Below are positions 54,481 through 64,000 of a stretch of DNA of 64,000 nt, piece by piece. Source of the stretch: Vulcanimicrobiota bacterium. GTDB lineage: Bacteria > Vulcanimicrobiota > Vulcanimicrobiia > Vulcanimicrobiales > Vulcanimicrobiaceae. The first letter of the stretch is position 1. The number at the start of each line of letters is the position of its first letter. Where the stretch lies: positions 190,895 through 254,894 of the forward strand of contig JANLVI010000007.1 of NCBI GenBank assembly GCA_031363915.1, written 5' to 3'. Made by a program: the position numbers and the translations under genes. The notes beneath the pieces were generated by a model that was not told the DNA's origin, ran no database searches, and saw only the letters and a list, made by a program, of their open reading frames with translations.

Positions 54481-55358
54481 GCGTTTGCGAGTTCGACGAG
54501 TTCGTTCGAGCGATCGCGGGACGCGATTGCGTACGCCACACCGCCCGATCGCAGCCACACACGTTCGAGCGCCGCGCGCGGATAGACCACGCGCACGTTC
54601 GGATGAGCGGGATCGTTGAGGATCGGATCGCCGTGCTCGTCGAATCCGCGCAGGACCGCGAGATGACCGAGCGATTGTGCGAGAGGCGCGCCGGGAAGAT
54701 AGTCACCGCTCCAGCGGTAGGTAATCACAAGCGGTAGCCCGGCATGAAGAAAGGTCCGTGCGTGATCGAGATCGCGCAAATAGACGACGGCCGAACGCAG
54801 ACCGAGCGTGCCTGCGTGGGCGACGTTGAACGTCCAGTTGCCGGTGCCGTCGTGGCCGGTATCGTACACGCGCGCGGCGACTTCTTCGAGTAGCTCTTCG
54901 CGTATACCGTGATAGACCAGCACCATGTTGAGCGAGGTCGGCGAACACCAGCGGTGCCCGTCGGGTCGCGTTGCGAGGTACTGCGAACGCTGCGGTACCG
55001 CAAGTTCGATCGGTGCTGCCGATGCGCCGGTGAGCGGATGACGCGCGTGCTCGGGCGTTGCAAGCGCGAGCGCGTCGAGCGGGATATCGAATCGGACTTC
55101 GACGGCGTTGAAATCTTCCGTAGCCCAAAGCACGTCCACGTCGATCCGAATCCGTTCGTCGTTTGCGCTGTACGAGCGCCGAATACCGCCGCCCGAACTT
55201 GCGTACGGGAGCCACGCCGAGAGCGTGCCGTCGGTAAAATGCGCACGAAGGTCGATCGTGTAGTCCGTATCGGCGCCGTTCCACGAGACGATCGCCGCCC
55301 GGGTCGGCGGCGTGCGCAGTAAGGCAGGCGACGTCTCCGGAGAGAGCAGCGTGATCAT
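54477..55358 (-). CDS. Peptidase C39-like domain protein (predicted cysteine peptidase)
   Basis: Candidate catalytic Cys in HRWCSPTSLNMVLVYHG and a downstream His (DTGHDGTGNW). Family-level guess only. Overlaps trmL by 4 nt. Confidence 0.5.
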   Translation of the reverse strand: MITLLSPETSPALLRTPPTRAAIVSWNGADTDYTIDLRAHFTDGTLSAWLPYASSGGGIRRSYSANDERIRIDVDVLWATEDFNAVEVRFDIPLDALALATPEHARHPLTGASAAPIELAVPQRSQYLATRPDGHRWCSPTSLNMVLVYHGIREELLEEVAARVYDTGHDGTGNWTFNVAHAGTLGLRSAVVYLRDLDHARTFLHAGLPLVITYRWSGDYLPGAPLAQSLGHLAVLRGFDEHGDPILNDPAHPNVRVVYPRAALERVWLRSGGVAYAIASRDRSNELVELANA

Positions 55359-55371
55359 CGACTCCCGCGCC

Positions 55372-57012
55372 TCACATGGACCACTCGTACGAATTCCAAC
55401 ACAAAGTCGAAATGTACGACGCGAGACGCAGGCCTTTGAGGTCGCTGTTGTAGCCGGTGTAGGCGTTCTCCCAATACAGGAATACGGCGGGGACGAGCGC
55501 GTGAATGCGTTCTTCTTCTTGCTGGTAGAGCGCCTTACGCTTCGTGCGGTCGAACGTCAAAGTTGCGGCGTGGGCAAGACGCGTAATCTCGGGATCGGCG
55601 AGAAACGAGGTGTTCGTGCCGTGCGGCGGGATGAAGTTTGCACTCCAGTTGCCTTCGTTGTCGGGCTCGGCGCCGTTGGTATCGATCGTCCATGACAGAT
55701 CGTAGGCGCCCGAATAGAGCGGGCCTTGCTGTGCGAAGAGAAAGCTGACCGGATAGTTCTTGATCGTGAGTTTGATGCCGACGTCTTTGATGAGTTGCTG
55801 CATCTGGACTTCGGCCTGAATGTTCGGCTGGCGATTCGTTCCGCTCGAAATCGAGAACGCAAGCGGCACGCCGTCTTTTACCCGCACGCCGTCTGCGCCC
55901 GGCTCCCAGCCGGACGCATCGAGCAGACGTCGGGCGCCTGCTGGGTCAAAACGGAAGCGTGGAATTTTCGGTGCGGCCCATGATGTGGGCATGATGTCGC
56001 TCGATGCGAGTTCGTTGTAGCCGTGATAGATCGTATCGTTGATGTGCTTCCAGTCGACTGCCTCCGCGATCGCGAGGCGCACGTGCACGTCGCTGAGTCC
56101 GGGCTTCAGCGTGTTGAATTCGAGGTGTCGCGAATTGGCGATCAGGCGTTTACCCGATGCGACGCCGTCGATCTGCGCGAGCTCCGGAACCTGCGTCTCG
56201 TTGACGCCGTCGTAGACGTCGATTTCGTGCGCGCGCAATTGCGCGAGCAACGTGTCGGCGTTCGGCACGACTTTCCACGAGATGCGTTCGAGCTTGGGTT
56301 TGCCGCGCCAATATTTGTCGTTTGCGATCAGTTCGAGCGATGAGCCGTGGTTCCACGCTTTGAGGACGAACGGCCCGCTCGAGAGCGGCATCGCGTTGAA
56401 CGGCGCTTTGTTGAGGTCGGTGAGTTTGCCGAGCAGATGTTCGGGGAGCGGCGCGTACGCGGCGCCGCCGCAGCCCGCGAACATGCCGTAGATCGCACCT
56501 GCATTCGCGGCCGTAAGGTGGATGACGACGGTGTCGTTATCGGGCAGATCCATCGCGCTGACGTTCTGCCAGTAGAGGCGCAGTTTCGTATTGTTTTTCG
56601 GATTCATTACGGCGCGCCACGTGAAGCGGATATCGCGCGCGTCGTACGGCGCGCCGTCGGCCCACTGCAAACCGTGACGGAGGCGCAAGGTAATCGTCTT
56701 ATTGTCTTTGCTGATCCCGCCGTTCGCGTAGGTCGGGATCTCGCGCGCCATCTCCGGGACGAGATCCCCGTGCGGGTCGAGCCGGAAGACGGGCGCGAAA
56801 AGCATGTTTGCGACTTCGTCGGTCGCTGCGGTGTGCGAGAAGAGCTGATTGAGCGAGTCGGGTTCGTCGGAGTAGCCGATGCGCACGACGTTTGGGATCG
56901 TCCATGCGTGCCGGCCGCCGTCCGACGTCCCGGCATCGCCGACGCGCGAACACGCCGTCGTCGCGAGCAGGCCGAACGTCAAGACGTAGGCGGCGATGCG
57001 ATATGCGATCAT
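55372..57012 (-). CDS. ABC-transporter substrate-binding lipoprotein, family 5 (peptide/nickel, DppA/OppA-like)
   Basis: Lipobox LLATTAC. 546 aa with a typical SBP_bac_5 bilobed sequence. No permease or ATPase genes are adjacent. Confidence 0.85.
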   Translation of the reverse strand: MIAYRIAAYVLTFGLLATTACSRVGDAGTSDGGRHAWTIPNVVRIGYSDEPDSLNQLFSHTAATDEVANMLFAPVFRLDPHGDLVPEMAREIPTYANGGISKDNKTITLRLRHGLQWADGAPYDARDIRFTWRAVMNPKNNTKLRLYWQNVSAMDLPDNDTVVIHLTAANAGAIYGMFAGCGGAAYAPLPEHLLGKLTDLNKAPFNAMPLSSGPFVLKAWNHGSSLELIANDKYWRGKPKLERISWKVVPNADTLLAQLRAHEIDVYDGVNETQVPELAQIDGVASGKRLIANSRHLEFNTLKPGLSDVHVRLAIAEAVDWKHINDTIYHGYNELASSDIMPTSWAAPKIPRFRFDPAGARRLLDASGWEPGADGVRVKDGVPLAFSISSGTNRQPNIQAEVQMQQLIKDVGIKLTIKNYPVSFLFAQQGPLYSGAYDLSWTIDTNGAEPDNEGNWSANFIPPHGTNTSFLADPEITRLAHAATLTFDRTKRKALYQQEEERIHALVPAVFLYWENAYTGYNSDLKGLRLASYISTLCWNSYEWSM

Positions 57013-58070
57013 ACCTGCAGCACTTTCGTTTTTTCGATCGCGGGGGCGATCGCGTTGTAAAACGCGTGCGGTCCGTAACGCACGAGATCGTCGACCGGCA
57101 AATGCGTCTGTGCTTTCGCATCGGCGATTGCGGCTTTCGCTTCATCGTCGTTCAGTCCGAGCGTGTTGAGCGCGATGCCGACGACCTTCGCCGGCTTGAC
57201 GGTGCCGCAGAGGCCTTCGTACGTGCGGATCAACTCGCGATACGAAAGCAGCGGCACGCCGTAGCCTTCGATCTCCGTGCGCTTACACAGATGGACGAGG
57301 ACCAGTGCATCGGGCGCGCTCCCGTAGAGAAGCGCGAGCGTCACGGGCGCGTATGCCGGATGATTGATGCCGCCTTGACCTTCGACGACGAGCAGGTCGC
57401 CCGCATGCCGTTCGCCTTCGAGGACGAGCTGTTCGGCTGCACCGGGTGCGAAGTCGGCGATAACGCGATCGATCGCCGTCCCCCAGCCGGCGATCGCGAT
57501 CCCCGTTTGCCCGGTTGGCACGAATGTGGCTTTGACGCCGCGTTCGCGTGCAGCACGCGCGATCTCGAGCGACGCAGTCATTTTCCCGACGGCGCAATCA
57601 CTGCCGACGGTGAGCAGAATCTTCGCTTCGATATCGTACGCAGCGCCCGAGAAGAGCGGCGCGGCGGGCGGTAACCGCAGATCCCAAATGCGCGTGTCGT
57701 GTTCGCCTGCGAGTCGCCGAAATTCGGTATCGTCGCCGAGGAAATCGTGCAGGCCGCTGACGACTTCGAGCTTCGCGCGAATCGCCGCGCCGACTTCCGC
57801 GCGCCATTCCGGCGGCAGCGCGCCGCCGGGTGGTGCGGTTCCGATCAAAAGGCTCGTCGGTCCGAAGACGAGGCCCTCGGCGACGCTCGCGACGATCGGC
57901 GCGTCGGAATCGAGATACGGCACGACCTCACGTACGGTCTTTCCGGCATGATCGGGATCGATGACGGCGACGGTGAGGTCGGTCGAATAAGCGATGACGC
58001 CGTGCGCGGTCTTCGCAGCGCGCGTTGCAAATTGGTGCGGTGCGAGGATGATGTAGCGGCGCTCGATCAT
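57009..58070 (-). CDS. DUF1611-family protein (the family that co-occurs with dipeptide epimerases)
   Basis: 353 aa with an N-terminal Rossmann-like half and a C-terminal P-loop-like GSDCAVGKMT. Overlaps both neighbours by 4 nt. The family assignment rests on overall similarity to remembered DUF1611 proteins and should be checked by HMM. Confidence 0.6.
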   Translation of the reverse strand: MIERRYIILAPHQFATRAAKTAHGVIAYSTDLTVAVIDPDHAGKTVREVVPYLDSDAPIVASVAEGLVFGPTSLLIGTAPPGGALPPEWRAEVGAAIRAKLEVVSGLHDFLGDDTEFRRLAGEHDTRIWDLRLPPAAPLFSGAAYDIEAKILLTVGSDCAVGKMTASLEIARAARERGVKATFVPTGQTGIAIAGWGTAIDRVIADFAPGAAEQLVLEGERHAGDLLVVEGQGGINHPAYAPVTLALLYGSAPDALVLVHLCKRTEIEGYGVPLLSYRELIRTYEGLCGTVKPAKVVGIALNTLGLNDDEAKAAIADAKAQTHLPVDDLVRYGPHAFYNAIAPAIEKTKVLQV

Positions 58071-59077
58071 CGCGCGGCCTTCGCGGTTTCGTTCACGCCA
58101 AGACCCGGTCCGTCGGGTAAGACGATCTTGCCGCGATCGTAGGTGATGCCGGTAAATGGATCGCTTGCGGTGAGAAACGGTCCGTCGAGATCGGCCCAGT
58201 CGACGAGCGGCGAAATCTGCGCCGCAGCCGTCGTGAGGATTTGACTTTCGAGCATACAGCCGAGCATGATTTTAAAACCGAGTGCCCGCGCGACGTGCAC
58301 CATTTCGAGTGCCGCGCGAATTCCGCCGCACTTGACGAGTTTGATATTGATGCCGTCGACACAGCCGATGAGTTTGGGCAGATCGCGTGCGTCGATCGAG
58401 TCTTCATCCGTCACGATCGGGATCGCGGAGCGTTCGCGGATGTAGCGCAGTTTCGCGGGTGAGCCGGCGGGGATCGGCTGCTCGCAGAATTCGATGTCGT
58501 ATTTCGCAAGTTCCGCCAGCATTGCCACGCTCGACTCCGGCGTCCAGCCCTCGTTTGCATCGACGCGGATTGTGCCGGTGTAGACCGCGCGAATCGCTGC
58601 GATGGTGTCGATCTCGTTCCCTTTGCCGAGCTTCACTTTAATCACGGGATGCGCCCCCACTTCACGCGTCTTCGCGACCATCGTGTCGATCGTGTCGATA
58701 CCGATCGTGAACGACGTGAGCGGCGTTTTGGTCGGATCGAGTCCGAAGAGTTGCCAAAGCGGGCGCCCCAGATCCTTACCGATCCAGTCGTGCAAGGCGA
58801 TATCGAGGCCGCAGCGCTGCGCGGGCGTCCAGCCTGCGAGCAAGTCTTCCAAACGGTACGGATCGTCGCTTGCCAGTACGTGCGCGGCATAGCCCCCGCG
58901 GACGGTCGCCACGGACTCGTCGTACCGCATCGATGGTGCCGTTTCGCCGAAGCCTTCGATGCCGCGGGCCTGCACCCGGACGACCGCGGTCTTTGCGGTT
59001 GTCTCCGTACTGCGCGCGATCGTGAAAGCGTGCTTGAGCGGAAGTTCCAGGGCGTCGACCTGCAGTGTGAGGTTCAC
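58067..59077 (-). CDS. Dipeptide epimerase (L-Ala-D/L-Glu epimerase-like, enolase superfamily MR/MLE)
   Basis: Catalytic K-x-K (IKVKLGKG), metal ligands D (RVDANEGW), E (EQP) and D (TDEDS), and the second base K (IKLVKCGG). Confidence 0.85.
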   Translation of the reverse strand: MNLTLQVDALELPLKHAFTIARSTETTAKTAVVRVQARGIEGFGETAPSMRYDESVATVRGGYAAHVLASDDPYRLEDLLAGWTPAQRCGLDIALHDWIGKDLGRPLWQLFGLDPTKTPLTSFTIGIDTIDTMVAKTREVGAHPVIKVKLGKGNEIDTIAAIRAVYTGTIRVDANEGWTPESSVAMLAELAKYDIEFCEQPIPAGSPAKLRYIRERSAIPIVTDEDSIDARDLPKLIGCVDGINIKLVKCGGIRAALEMVHVARALGFKIMLGCMLESQILTTAAAQISPLVDWADLDGPFLTASDPFTGITYDRGKIVLPDGPGLGVNETAKAAR

Positions 59078-59138
59078 GGCGCGAGCTTCCGCGCGCTACG
59101 CGCAGGTCCTCGCCTGCGAGCGCTGGCAACATCGGGCG

Positions 59139-60614
59139 ATGGCATATCGACGGGCTTTGGTTTGGATGCGGCGCGACCTGCGCTTGGGAGACAATACCGC
59201 ACTGCACGCGGCAGCACAAGAGAGCGACACCCTCGCTTGTGCGTTCGTGCTCGACCCGACGCTGCTGCGCGGCGAACGCGTCGGCCCGCCGATCGTGCAG
59301 TTCTTCTTCGATTCGCTCGCCGAACTGCGCGAACGATTACGCGCGGCCGGCTCCGACCTCGCGCTGCTCGAAGGCGATTTCGCAACCGAACTCATCGCCT
59401 ATGCCAAACGCGTCGGCGCGGATGCGATCTTCTACAACGCCGACACCGACCCGGCGACGGTCGCGCGCGATCGCCGCGCCGAGAGCGCGTTCAGAAACGC
59501 CGGTCTTGCGGTGCACGCGTTCGTCGATCAGGTGTATTTTGATGCCAGTGCCGTGATGGCGCAGACGGGGAAACCGTACACGGTCTACACGCCGTACCGT
59601 CGGCGTTGGGAAGCGCTCTACCACGAATATCGCAAACTGCCGATCCCCTCGGAGGCGGCGAGTCGCTCGAAACTCCTCGGCGCAAGCGAGCTTGGCGAGA
59701 CGCGCGCGGTGCCAAAGCCCGAAGACTACGGTCACGCATCGTCCGACCGGTATCCGCGCGGCGGCGAGCGTCGCGCGAGCGCACTCCTTGCAGAATTCAT
59801 CGACAAGCATGCCGCGCGCTATCTCGACGATCGCAATACGCCTGCGATCGCGGGCACCTCGTTTCTCTCACCGCACTTGCGGGCGGGTACGATCGGCATC
59901 CGCACCTGCGTCGAAGCCGCCGCAAATGCGAAAACCGGCGCGTTCAAACATGCGCTTGCGAGCATCGACGGCTGGATCGCCGAATTGATTTGGCGCGATT
60001 TTTACCATCAGATTCTGGTACATCAGCCGAAAGTCGCCTACGAACCGTTCGTCGAGGCCGCCAAGCGCTTGAAATACCGCACGAACGACGTGGAATACAA
60101 AGCGTGGTGTAACGGGGCGACCGGCTATCCGATTGTTGATGCCGCAATGATCCAGCTCAACACGACCGGCTGGATGCACAACCGGTTGCGCATGATCGTT
60201 GCGTCGTTTCTCACCAAGCACTTGTTCATGGATTACCGCTTAGGCGAGCGCTACTTCGAACAAAAACTCGCGGATGCGGATTTGGCTGCGAATAACGGCG
60301 GCTGGCAGTGGTCCTCATCGACCGGGACCGATGCCGCCCCGTACTTCCGCATCTTCAATCCGACGATGCAAGGCAAGACCTTCGACCCCGACGGCAGTTT
60401 CGTGCGTGAAATGATCCCGGCTCTCGCCAAGCTGCCGACCAAGTTCGTGCACGAGCCATGGTTGCTGCCGCCACTGATTGCAGCGCAAGCGGATTTTGAA
60501 CTCGGGCGCGACTATCCCGAACCCATCGTCGATCATCGCCTGGCGCGGGAACGCGCGCTTGCTTCCTTCACGCCCGTGCTCGGAAAGAAAAGCGGCAAGT
60601 CTGTCAAGACTTGA
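59139..60614 (+). CDS. phr: Deoxyribodipyrimidine photo-lyase (CPD photolyase class I)
   Basis: ATG at 59139 (Met-61 of track ORF 58959..60614). N-terminal alpha/beta domain (LVWMRRDLRLGDNTAL) and FAD-binding helical domain with TGYPIVDAAMIQLNTTGWMHNRLRMIVASFLTKHL and ANNGGWQW. Confidence 0.9.
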   Translation: MAYRRALVWMRRDLRLGDNTALHAAAQESDTLACAFVLDPTLLRGERVGPPIVQFFFDSLAELRERLRAAGSDLALLEGDFATELIAYAKRVGADAIFYNADTDPATVARDRRAESAFRNAGLAVHAFVDQVYFDASAVMAQTGKPYTVYTPYRRRWEALYHEYRKLPIPSEAASRSKLLGASELGETRAVPKPEDYGHASSDRYPRGGERRASALLAEFIDKHAARYLDDRNTPAIAGTSFLSPHLRAGTIGIRTCVEAAANAKTGAFKHALASIDGWIAELIWRDFYHQILVHQPKVAYEPFVEAAKRLKYRTNDVEYKAWCNGATGYPIVDAAMIQLNTTGWMHNRLRMIVASFLTKHLFMDYRLGERYFEQKLADADLAANNGGWQWSSSTGTDAAPYFRIFNPTMQGKTFDPDGSFVREMIPALAKLPTKFVHEPWLLPPLIAAQADFELGRDYPEPIVDHRLARERALASFTPVLGKKSGKSVKT

Positions 60615-60849
60615 CGGCAGTGCGATAATCACAAGGCGATAACGACTGCGGCTGCTCGCGCAGATACCCCGGTGTTGGACCAACGCTAAAACCTAGGGAG
60701 CACAAGCTCCGGATACGATTGGCGTGATCGACGGGCAACCGTTGATACCTAAGCGCCCGGGCCGCACCCACCTGCGAGATCGCAGGTTCTCACCAGGTAT
60801 ACAGACGGCAGTTGCGGTCGAAGTCGCGCCTCTTCGGAAAGACGTTCGC

Positions 60850-61569
60850 TTATGAAGCGAGCGTCTTTCTTGCTGCCGCCACGCGGAGCGCTCGAACGGC
60901 GGTCGCAAGCGGCGCCCACGGGTCGCTCGAGTCGCCCTCAGGCGCCTCAACGACCGTCCAGCCTAAGAACGCGCTGGCAGCGACGGCCTCGGCATCGTCC
61001 TTGCTTGCGAGTGCTAGGACGATACGGTCGCGCCCGCCTAACGAATCGCTTGCGATCTCGGCGGCAGGGACCGCGTAACGGAGCCACGCCGAATCGACGT
61101 CTTTGACCAGGTGGCGCAGTTCGGCCAGGTCCTTTGCGATCGATCCGGCGCGCGGGTGGCAGGCGAGCGTTACGTTTGCGGCCTTGGCTTGCGCGGCGAC
61201 CGCTTTTGCCAGTTCCACGGTCGCATTGAAATCTGCCGGCGGCACGTCGCCTGGATCGCCGAGGGCACAAAGAATCATCGGCGTCCCCAGTGCGACGGCG
61301 ATGCGCAGTGTCTCAACGCGCTGCGCATCCGTACGCTCGAGTGCGAGAAACGTCGCATCGTGCACGGCGACAGGCGTGAGGCCGAGGTCGACGGCGACTT
61401 TTTTGCACTGCGCGAGATAGTCGTCATCGGTCCGCGGCAGATGAGCCACTTCGTAGACGATCCCGTCGAGGCCAAGGCGTGCCGCCGACTGCTCGATCCA
61501 CTCGAGTTGCGTTATCGCAAGTGTCGTAAGAAGTCGATCGAGCGTCAAACTCGAAGCGGCAAGTTTCAT
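60850..61569 (-). CDS. Xylose-isomerase-like TIM-barrel protein (sugar-phosphate isomerase/epimerase family), hypothetical
   Basis: 239 aa with alternating beta-alpha pattern and conserved acidic and His residues (VHDATFLALE, CHPRAG). Low-confidence family call. Confidence 0.5.
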   Translation of the reverse strand: MKLAASSLTLDRLLTTLAITQLEWIEQSAARLGLDGIVYEVAHLPRTDDDYLAQCKKVAVDLGLTPVAVHDATFLALERTDAQRVETLRIAVALGTPMILCALGDPGDVPPADFNATVELAKAVAAQAKAANVTLACHPRAGSIAKDLAELRHLVKDVDSAWLRYAVPAAEIASDSLGGRDRIVLALASKDDAEAVAASAFLGWTVVEAPEGDSSDPWAPLATAVRALRVAAARKTLAS

Positions 61570-61626
61570 GGCTTCGGCGGTTCGCCCGCCTGCGACTGAC
61601 CCCTGGCATCAACGAGCGGACACGAT

Positions 61627-61869
61627 ATGACGATCGACAAAAATTTTTGGGGCTCCGTGATCCCGCTAATCGCTATCGCGATCACGCTGGCGGAGTTTCT
61701 CTACGACCACACGCAACCGCGCTGGCACAGCCCGTGGTTTTGGGCGGGCTTGCTCGCAACGGTCGCGCTCTTGATCGCAGTCCAAGTGCTGCGACGCCGG
61801 ACGCCGAAGAAAGCTCCGCCGACCGTCGGCGGCTCCCGCCGTACCGTCATCACCCGCCTCCCGAAGTAG
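61627..61869 (+). CDS. Small two-TM membrane protein, hypothetical
   Basis: 80 aa: [19 protein letters not shown] ... [19 protein letters not shown], then a basic tail. Starts 8 nt before glyA. Confidence 0.45.
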   Translation: MTIDKNFWGSVIPLIAIAITLAEFLYDHTQPRWHSPWFWAGLLATVALLIAVQVLRRRTPKKAPPTVGGSRRTVITRLPK

Positions 61870-61876
61870 GAACCGC

Positions 61877-63124
61877 ATGCAACTGCTCGATCAAAGCGTC
61901 CTTGCCGCTCAAGATCCCGAACTCTACGCCGCGATCGATCACGAAGAGAAGCGGCAACGCGAGAATCTCGAGCTGATCGCATCGGAGAACTACGCCAGCC
62001 GCGCGGTGCGCGAAGCGATGGCATGCGCGATGACCAACAAATACGCGGAAGGCTATCCGGGCCGGCGTTACTACGGCGGCTGCGAGTATGTCGACGTGGC
62101 CGAAACGCTCGCGATCGAACGTCTGCTCAAGCTCTTCGGCGCCGAAGCCGCGAACGTCCAACCGCACGCGGGCGCGCAAGCGAACATGGCCGTGATGATG
62201 GCGGTGCTCAAGCCCGGCGATACGATCATGGGCATGTCGCTCGCGCACGGCGGTCATCTCACGCATGGCACCAAAGTCAGCTTCAGCGGCAAGATTTACA
62301 ACGCCGTCGCCTATGGTGTCCGCAAAGATACCGATCTGATCGATTTCGACGAAGTTCGGGCCGTCGCACGCGAACACAAACCCAAAATGATCATCGCCGG
62401 CGCGAGTTCGTATCCGCGCACGATGGACTACGCCCCATTCCGCGAGATCGCCGATGAGATCGGAGCGCTCTTCCTCGTCGATATGGCGCACATCGCGGGA
62501 ATCGTTGCGGTGGGCTTGCATCCCTCACCGGTTCCTTTTGCGGACTTCGTGACATCGACGACACACAAGACGCTGCGCGGACCGCGCGGCGGCCTGATCA
62601 TGAGCAAAGCCGCGCACGCGCAGGCGATCGACAAGAGCGTGTTCCCGGGTATTCAGGGCGGACCGTTCATGCACGTGATCGCAGCGAAGGCCGTCGCCTT
62701 CGGCGAAGCGCTCAAACCGTCGTTCAAAGTCTATCAGCAGCAGGTCATCGACAACGCGCGAGCGCTCGGTGAAGAATTGCAATCCGGCGGCGTGCGGCTC
62801 GTCGGCGGCGGAACCGACACGCATATGGTCGTGGTCGATCTCTCGCCGAAGAATCTCACCGGCAAAGACGTCGAGAAATACCTGGATGAAATTCACATTA
62901 CGGTGAACAAAAACGCGATCCCGTACGACACGCAAAAACCGATGGTCACAAGCGGCATCCGCATCGGAACGCCCGCGATCACCTCGCGTGGCTTCGGTCT
63001 GGACGACGCACGCGAAGTCGGGAAGATCATCGCCGATGCGCTCGACGACGTTGCGGCCCGTGCGAACATCGACAAGCTGCGCGGTCGCGTTAGCGAACTG
63101 ACCGCGCGCTTCGACGTCCCGTAG
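61877..63124 (+). CDS. glyA: Serine hydroxymethyltransferase
   Basis: SHMT signatures: [22 protein letters not shown] and the PLP-Lys block [14 protein letters not shown]. Confidence 0.95.
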   Translation: MQLLDQSVLAAQDPELYAAIDHEEKRQRENLELIASENYASRAVREAMACAMTNKYAEGYPGRRYYGGCEYVDVAETLAIERLLKLFGAEAANVQPHAGAQANMAVMMAVLKPGDTIMGMSLAHGGHLTHGTKVSFSGKIYNAVAYGVRKDTDLIDFDEVRAVAREHKPKMIIAGASSYPRTMDYAPFREIADEIGALFLVDMAHIAGIVAVGLHPSPVPFADFVTSTTHKTLRGPRGGLIMSKAAHAQAIDKSVFPGIQGGPFMHVIAAKAVAFGEALKPSFKVYQQQVIDNARALGEELQSGGVRLVGGGTDTHMVVVDLSPKNLTGKDVEKYLDEIHITVNKNAIPYDTQKPMVTSGIRIGTPAITSRGFGLDDAREVGKIIADALDDVAARANIDKLRGRVSELTARFDVP

Positions 63125-63127
63125 CGG

Positions 63128-64000
63128 TTACGCGAGCGGCGTAACGCTCGCAGCGGCTTTCTTCGCCTTCACGCGCGCTTGATCGGTGTCTTCGGCGCGC
63201 GCGACGGCGACGCCCATGCGACGGCGGACGAACGCTTCGGGTTTCCCGAAGAGGCGGACGTCGACGCCCGGAATGGAGAGTGCTTCGCGCACGCCTTCGT
63301 AGCGGATGCCCGTTGCTTTCATGCCGCCATAGATCACGGCGCTTGCACCGGGGCGCGCGAGCGACACGTCGACCGGTAGGCCGAGGATCGCGCGTGCGTG
63401 CAGTTCGAATTCGTTCTGCCACTGCGTCGCAATCGTCACGAGACCCGTATCGTGCGGACGCGGGCTAACCTCCGAGAACCATACCATATCGCCTTTGACG
63501 AAGAGCTCGACGCCGAAGACGCCGCATCCGCCGAGGTCATCCGTAACGGCTTTTGCGATCGATTGTGCGCGCTCGAGCGCGGTCGGCATCATCGCGTGAG
63601 GCTGCCAACTCTCGACGTAATCGCCGTGCACTTGGACGTGACCAATTGGAGCGCAGAACCGCGTTTCGATCTTGCCCTGCGGATCGAGCGCGCGCACGGT
63701 GAGGAGCGTGATCTCGTAATCAAAATCGATCGCACCTTCGACGATCACGCGACCGACGTCGACACGACCGCCCTTTGCGGCGTAGTCCCACGCAGCGTCG
63801 ATGGCCTCAGCCGAATCAACTTTCGATTGGCCTTTGCCCGACGATGACATGACCGGTTTGATGAAGCATGGATAGCCGATCTCAGCGACGGCCGCGTGCA
63901 GCTCCGCAAGCGATCCCGCGAAACGATACGGTGAGGTCGGCAAGTCGAGCGTTTCGGCGGCAAGCCGCCGGATGCGTTCGCGATTCATCGTCATCTGCAC
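63128..64000 (-). CDS. purT: Formate-dependent phosphoribosylglycinamide formyltransferase (PurT), C-terminal ~290 aa; the 5' end lies beyond the window
   Basis: ATP-grasp B/C domains with PurT-type blocks ([30 protein letters not shown]). The ORF is open to the right edge. Confidence 0.85.
   Translation of the reverse strand: MQMTMNRERIRRLAAETLDLPTSPYRFAGSLAELHAAVAEIGYPCFIKPVMSSSGKGQSKVDSAEAIDAAWDYAAKGGRVDVGRVIVEGAIDFDYEITLLTVRALDPQGKIETRFCAPIGHVQVHGDYVESWQPHAMMPTALERAQSIAKAVTDDLGGCGVFGVELFVKGDMVWFSEVSPRPHDTGLVTIATQWQNEFELHARAILGLPVDVSLARPGASAVIYGGMKATGIRYEGVREALSIPGVDVRLFGKPEAFVRRRMGVAVARAEDTDQARVKAKKAAASVTPLA

Noticed and set aside
60615-60849. tRNA or tmRNA gene in the long phr-downstream spacer
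   Set aside because: There is no GTTCGA/TTCGAATCC T-loop, no D-loop consensus and no CCA-adjacent acceptor stem pattern on either strand.
1-64000. CRISPR arrays, insertion sequences, integrases, phage genes, restriction-modification or toxin-antitoxin modules
   Set aside because: There are no direct-repeat/spacer periodicity, no transposase- or recombinase-like ORFs and no terminal inverted repeats. Apart from the lower-GC Asn-rich gene, the window looks like core chromosome.

Overview
The window is 64 kb of chromosome from a high-GC bacterium (about 65-68% GC). The bacterium appears to be diderm: the window carries an ADP-heptose/LPS-core gene cluster, an lpxB-like gene and a large beta-barrel outer-membrane protein. 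Gene order and content otherwise look Firmicutes-like: fabF-rnc-smc, maf-mreBCD-mrdA, rpmA-obg-nadD, and an L27 with a Prp-type N-terminal propeptide. Coding density is very high. Many adjacent genes overlap at start and stop codons (ATGA, GTGA). The six-frame track contains many long antisense or out-of-frame ORFs typical of high-GC DNA, and I rejected those.

Recognisable core genes in order: thiE-thiD; trpS; an aminotransferase; mrdA, mreD, mreC, mreB, maf; lysA; nadD; obg; rpmA; a cytochrome P450; fabF, rnc, smc; purH; an EamA-family transporter; a VOC/glyoxalase-family enzyme; an SPFH/prohibitin protein; mntH; hisS; accB; gmhA, hldA, hldC, lpxB-like, three GT9 heptosyltransferases, three GT2 glycosyltransferases, csaA; aspS; a family-5 uracil-DNA glycosylase; trmL; an operon encoding a dipeptide epimerase, a DUF1611 protein, a solute-binding protein and a C39-like peptidase; phr; glyA; and the start of purT.

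Accessory or unusual content, most interesting first:
1. A 1139-aa protein of tandem DUF11-type repeats with no signal peptide. It heads a tight three-gene operon with a TM/HEAT-like protein and a ToxR/CadC-like membrane wHTH-TPR regulator.
2. A 520-nt structured leader upstream of mntH: nested inverted repeats, an intrinsic terminator with a U9 tract, then a near-perfect Shine-Dalgarno and a 29-codon proline-rich sORF.
3. An orphan operon of three prepilin-type (minor-pilin or pseudopilin-like) genes.
4. A lower-GC gene encoding an Asn/Gln/Gly-rich, His-acidic secreted protein upstream of the P450. It sits where rplU-prp would normally precede rpmA, and a perfect 13-bp inverted repeat lies between it and the P450.
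5. Three decayed gene remnants: a PaiB-like pseudogene, an MFS remnant and a CarboxypepD_reg fragment.

I found no rRNA, tRNA, CRISPR array, IS element or integrase.
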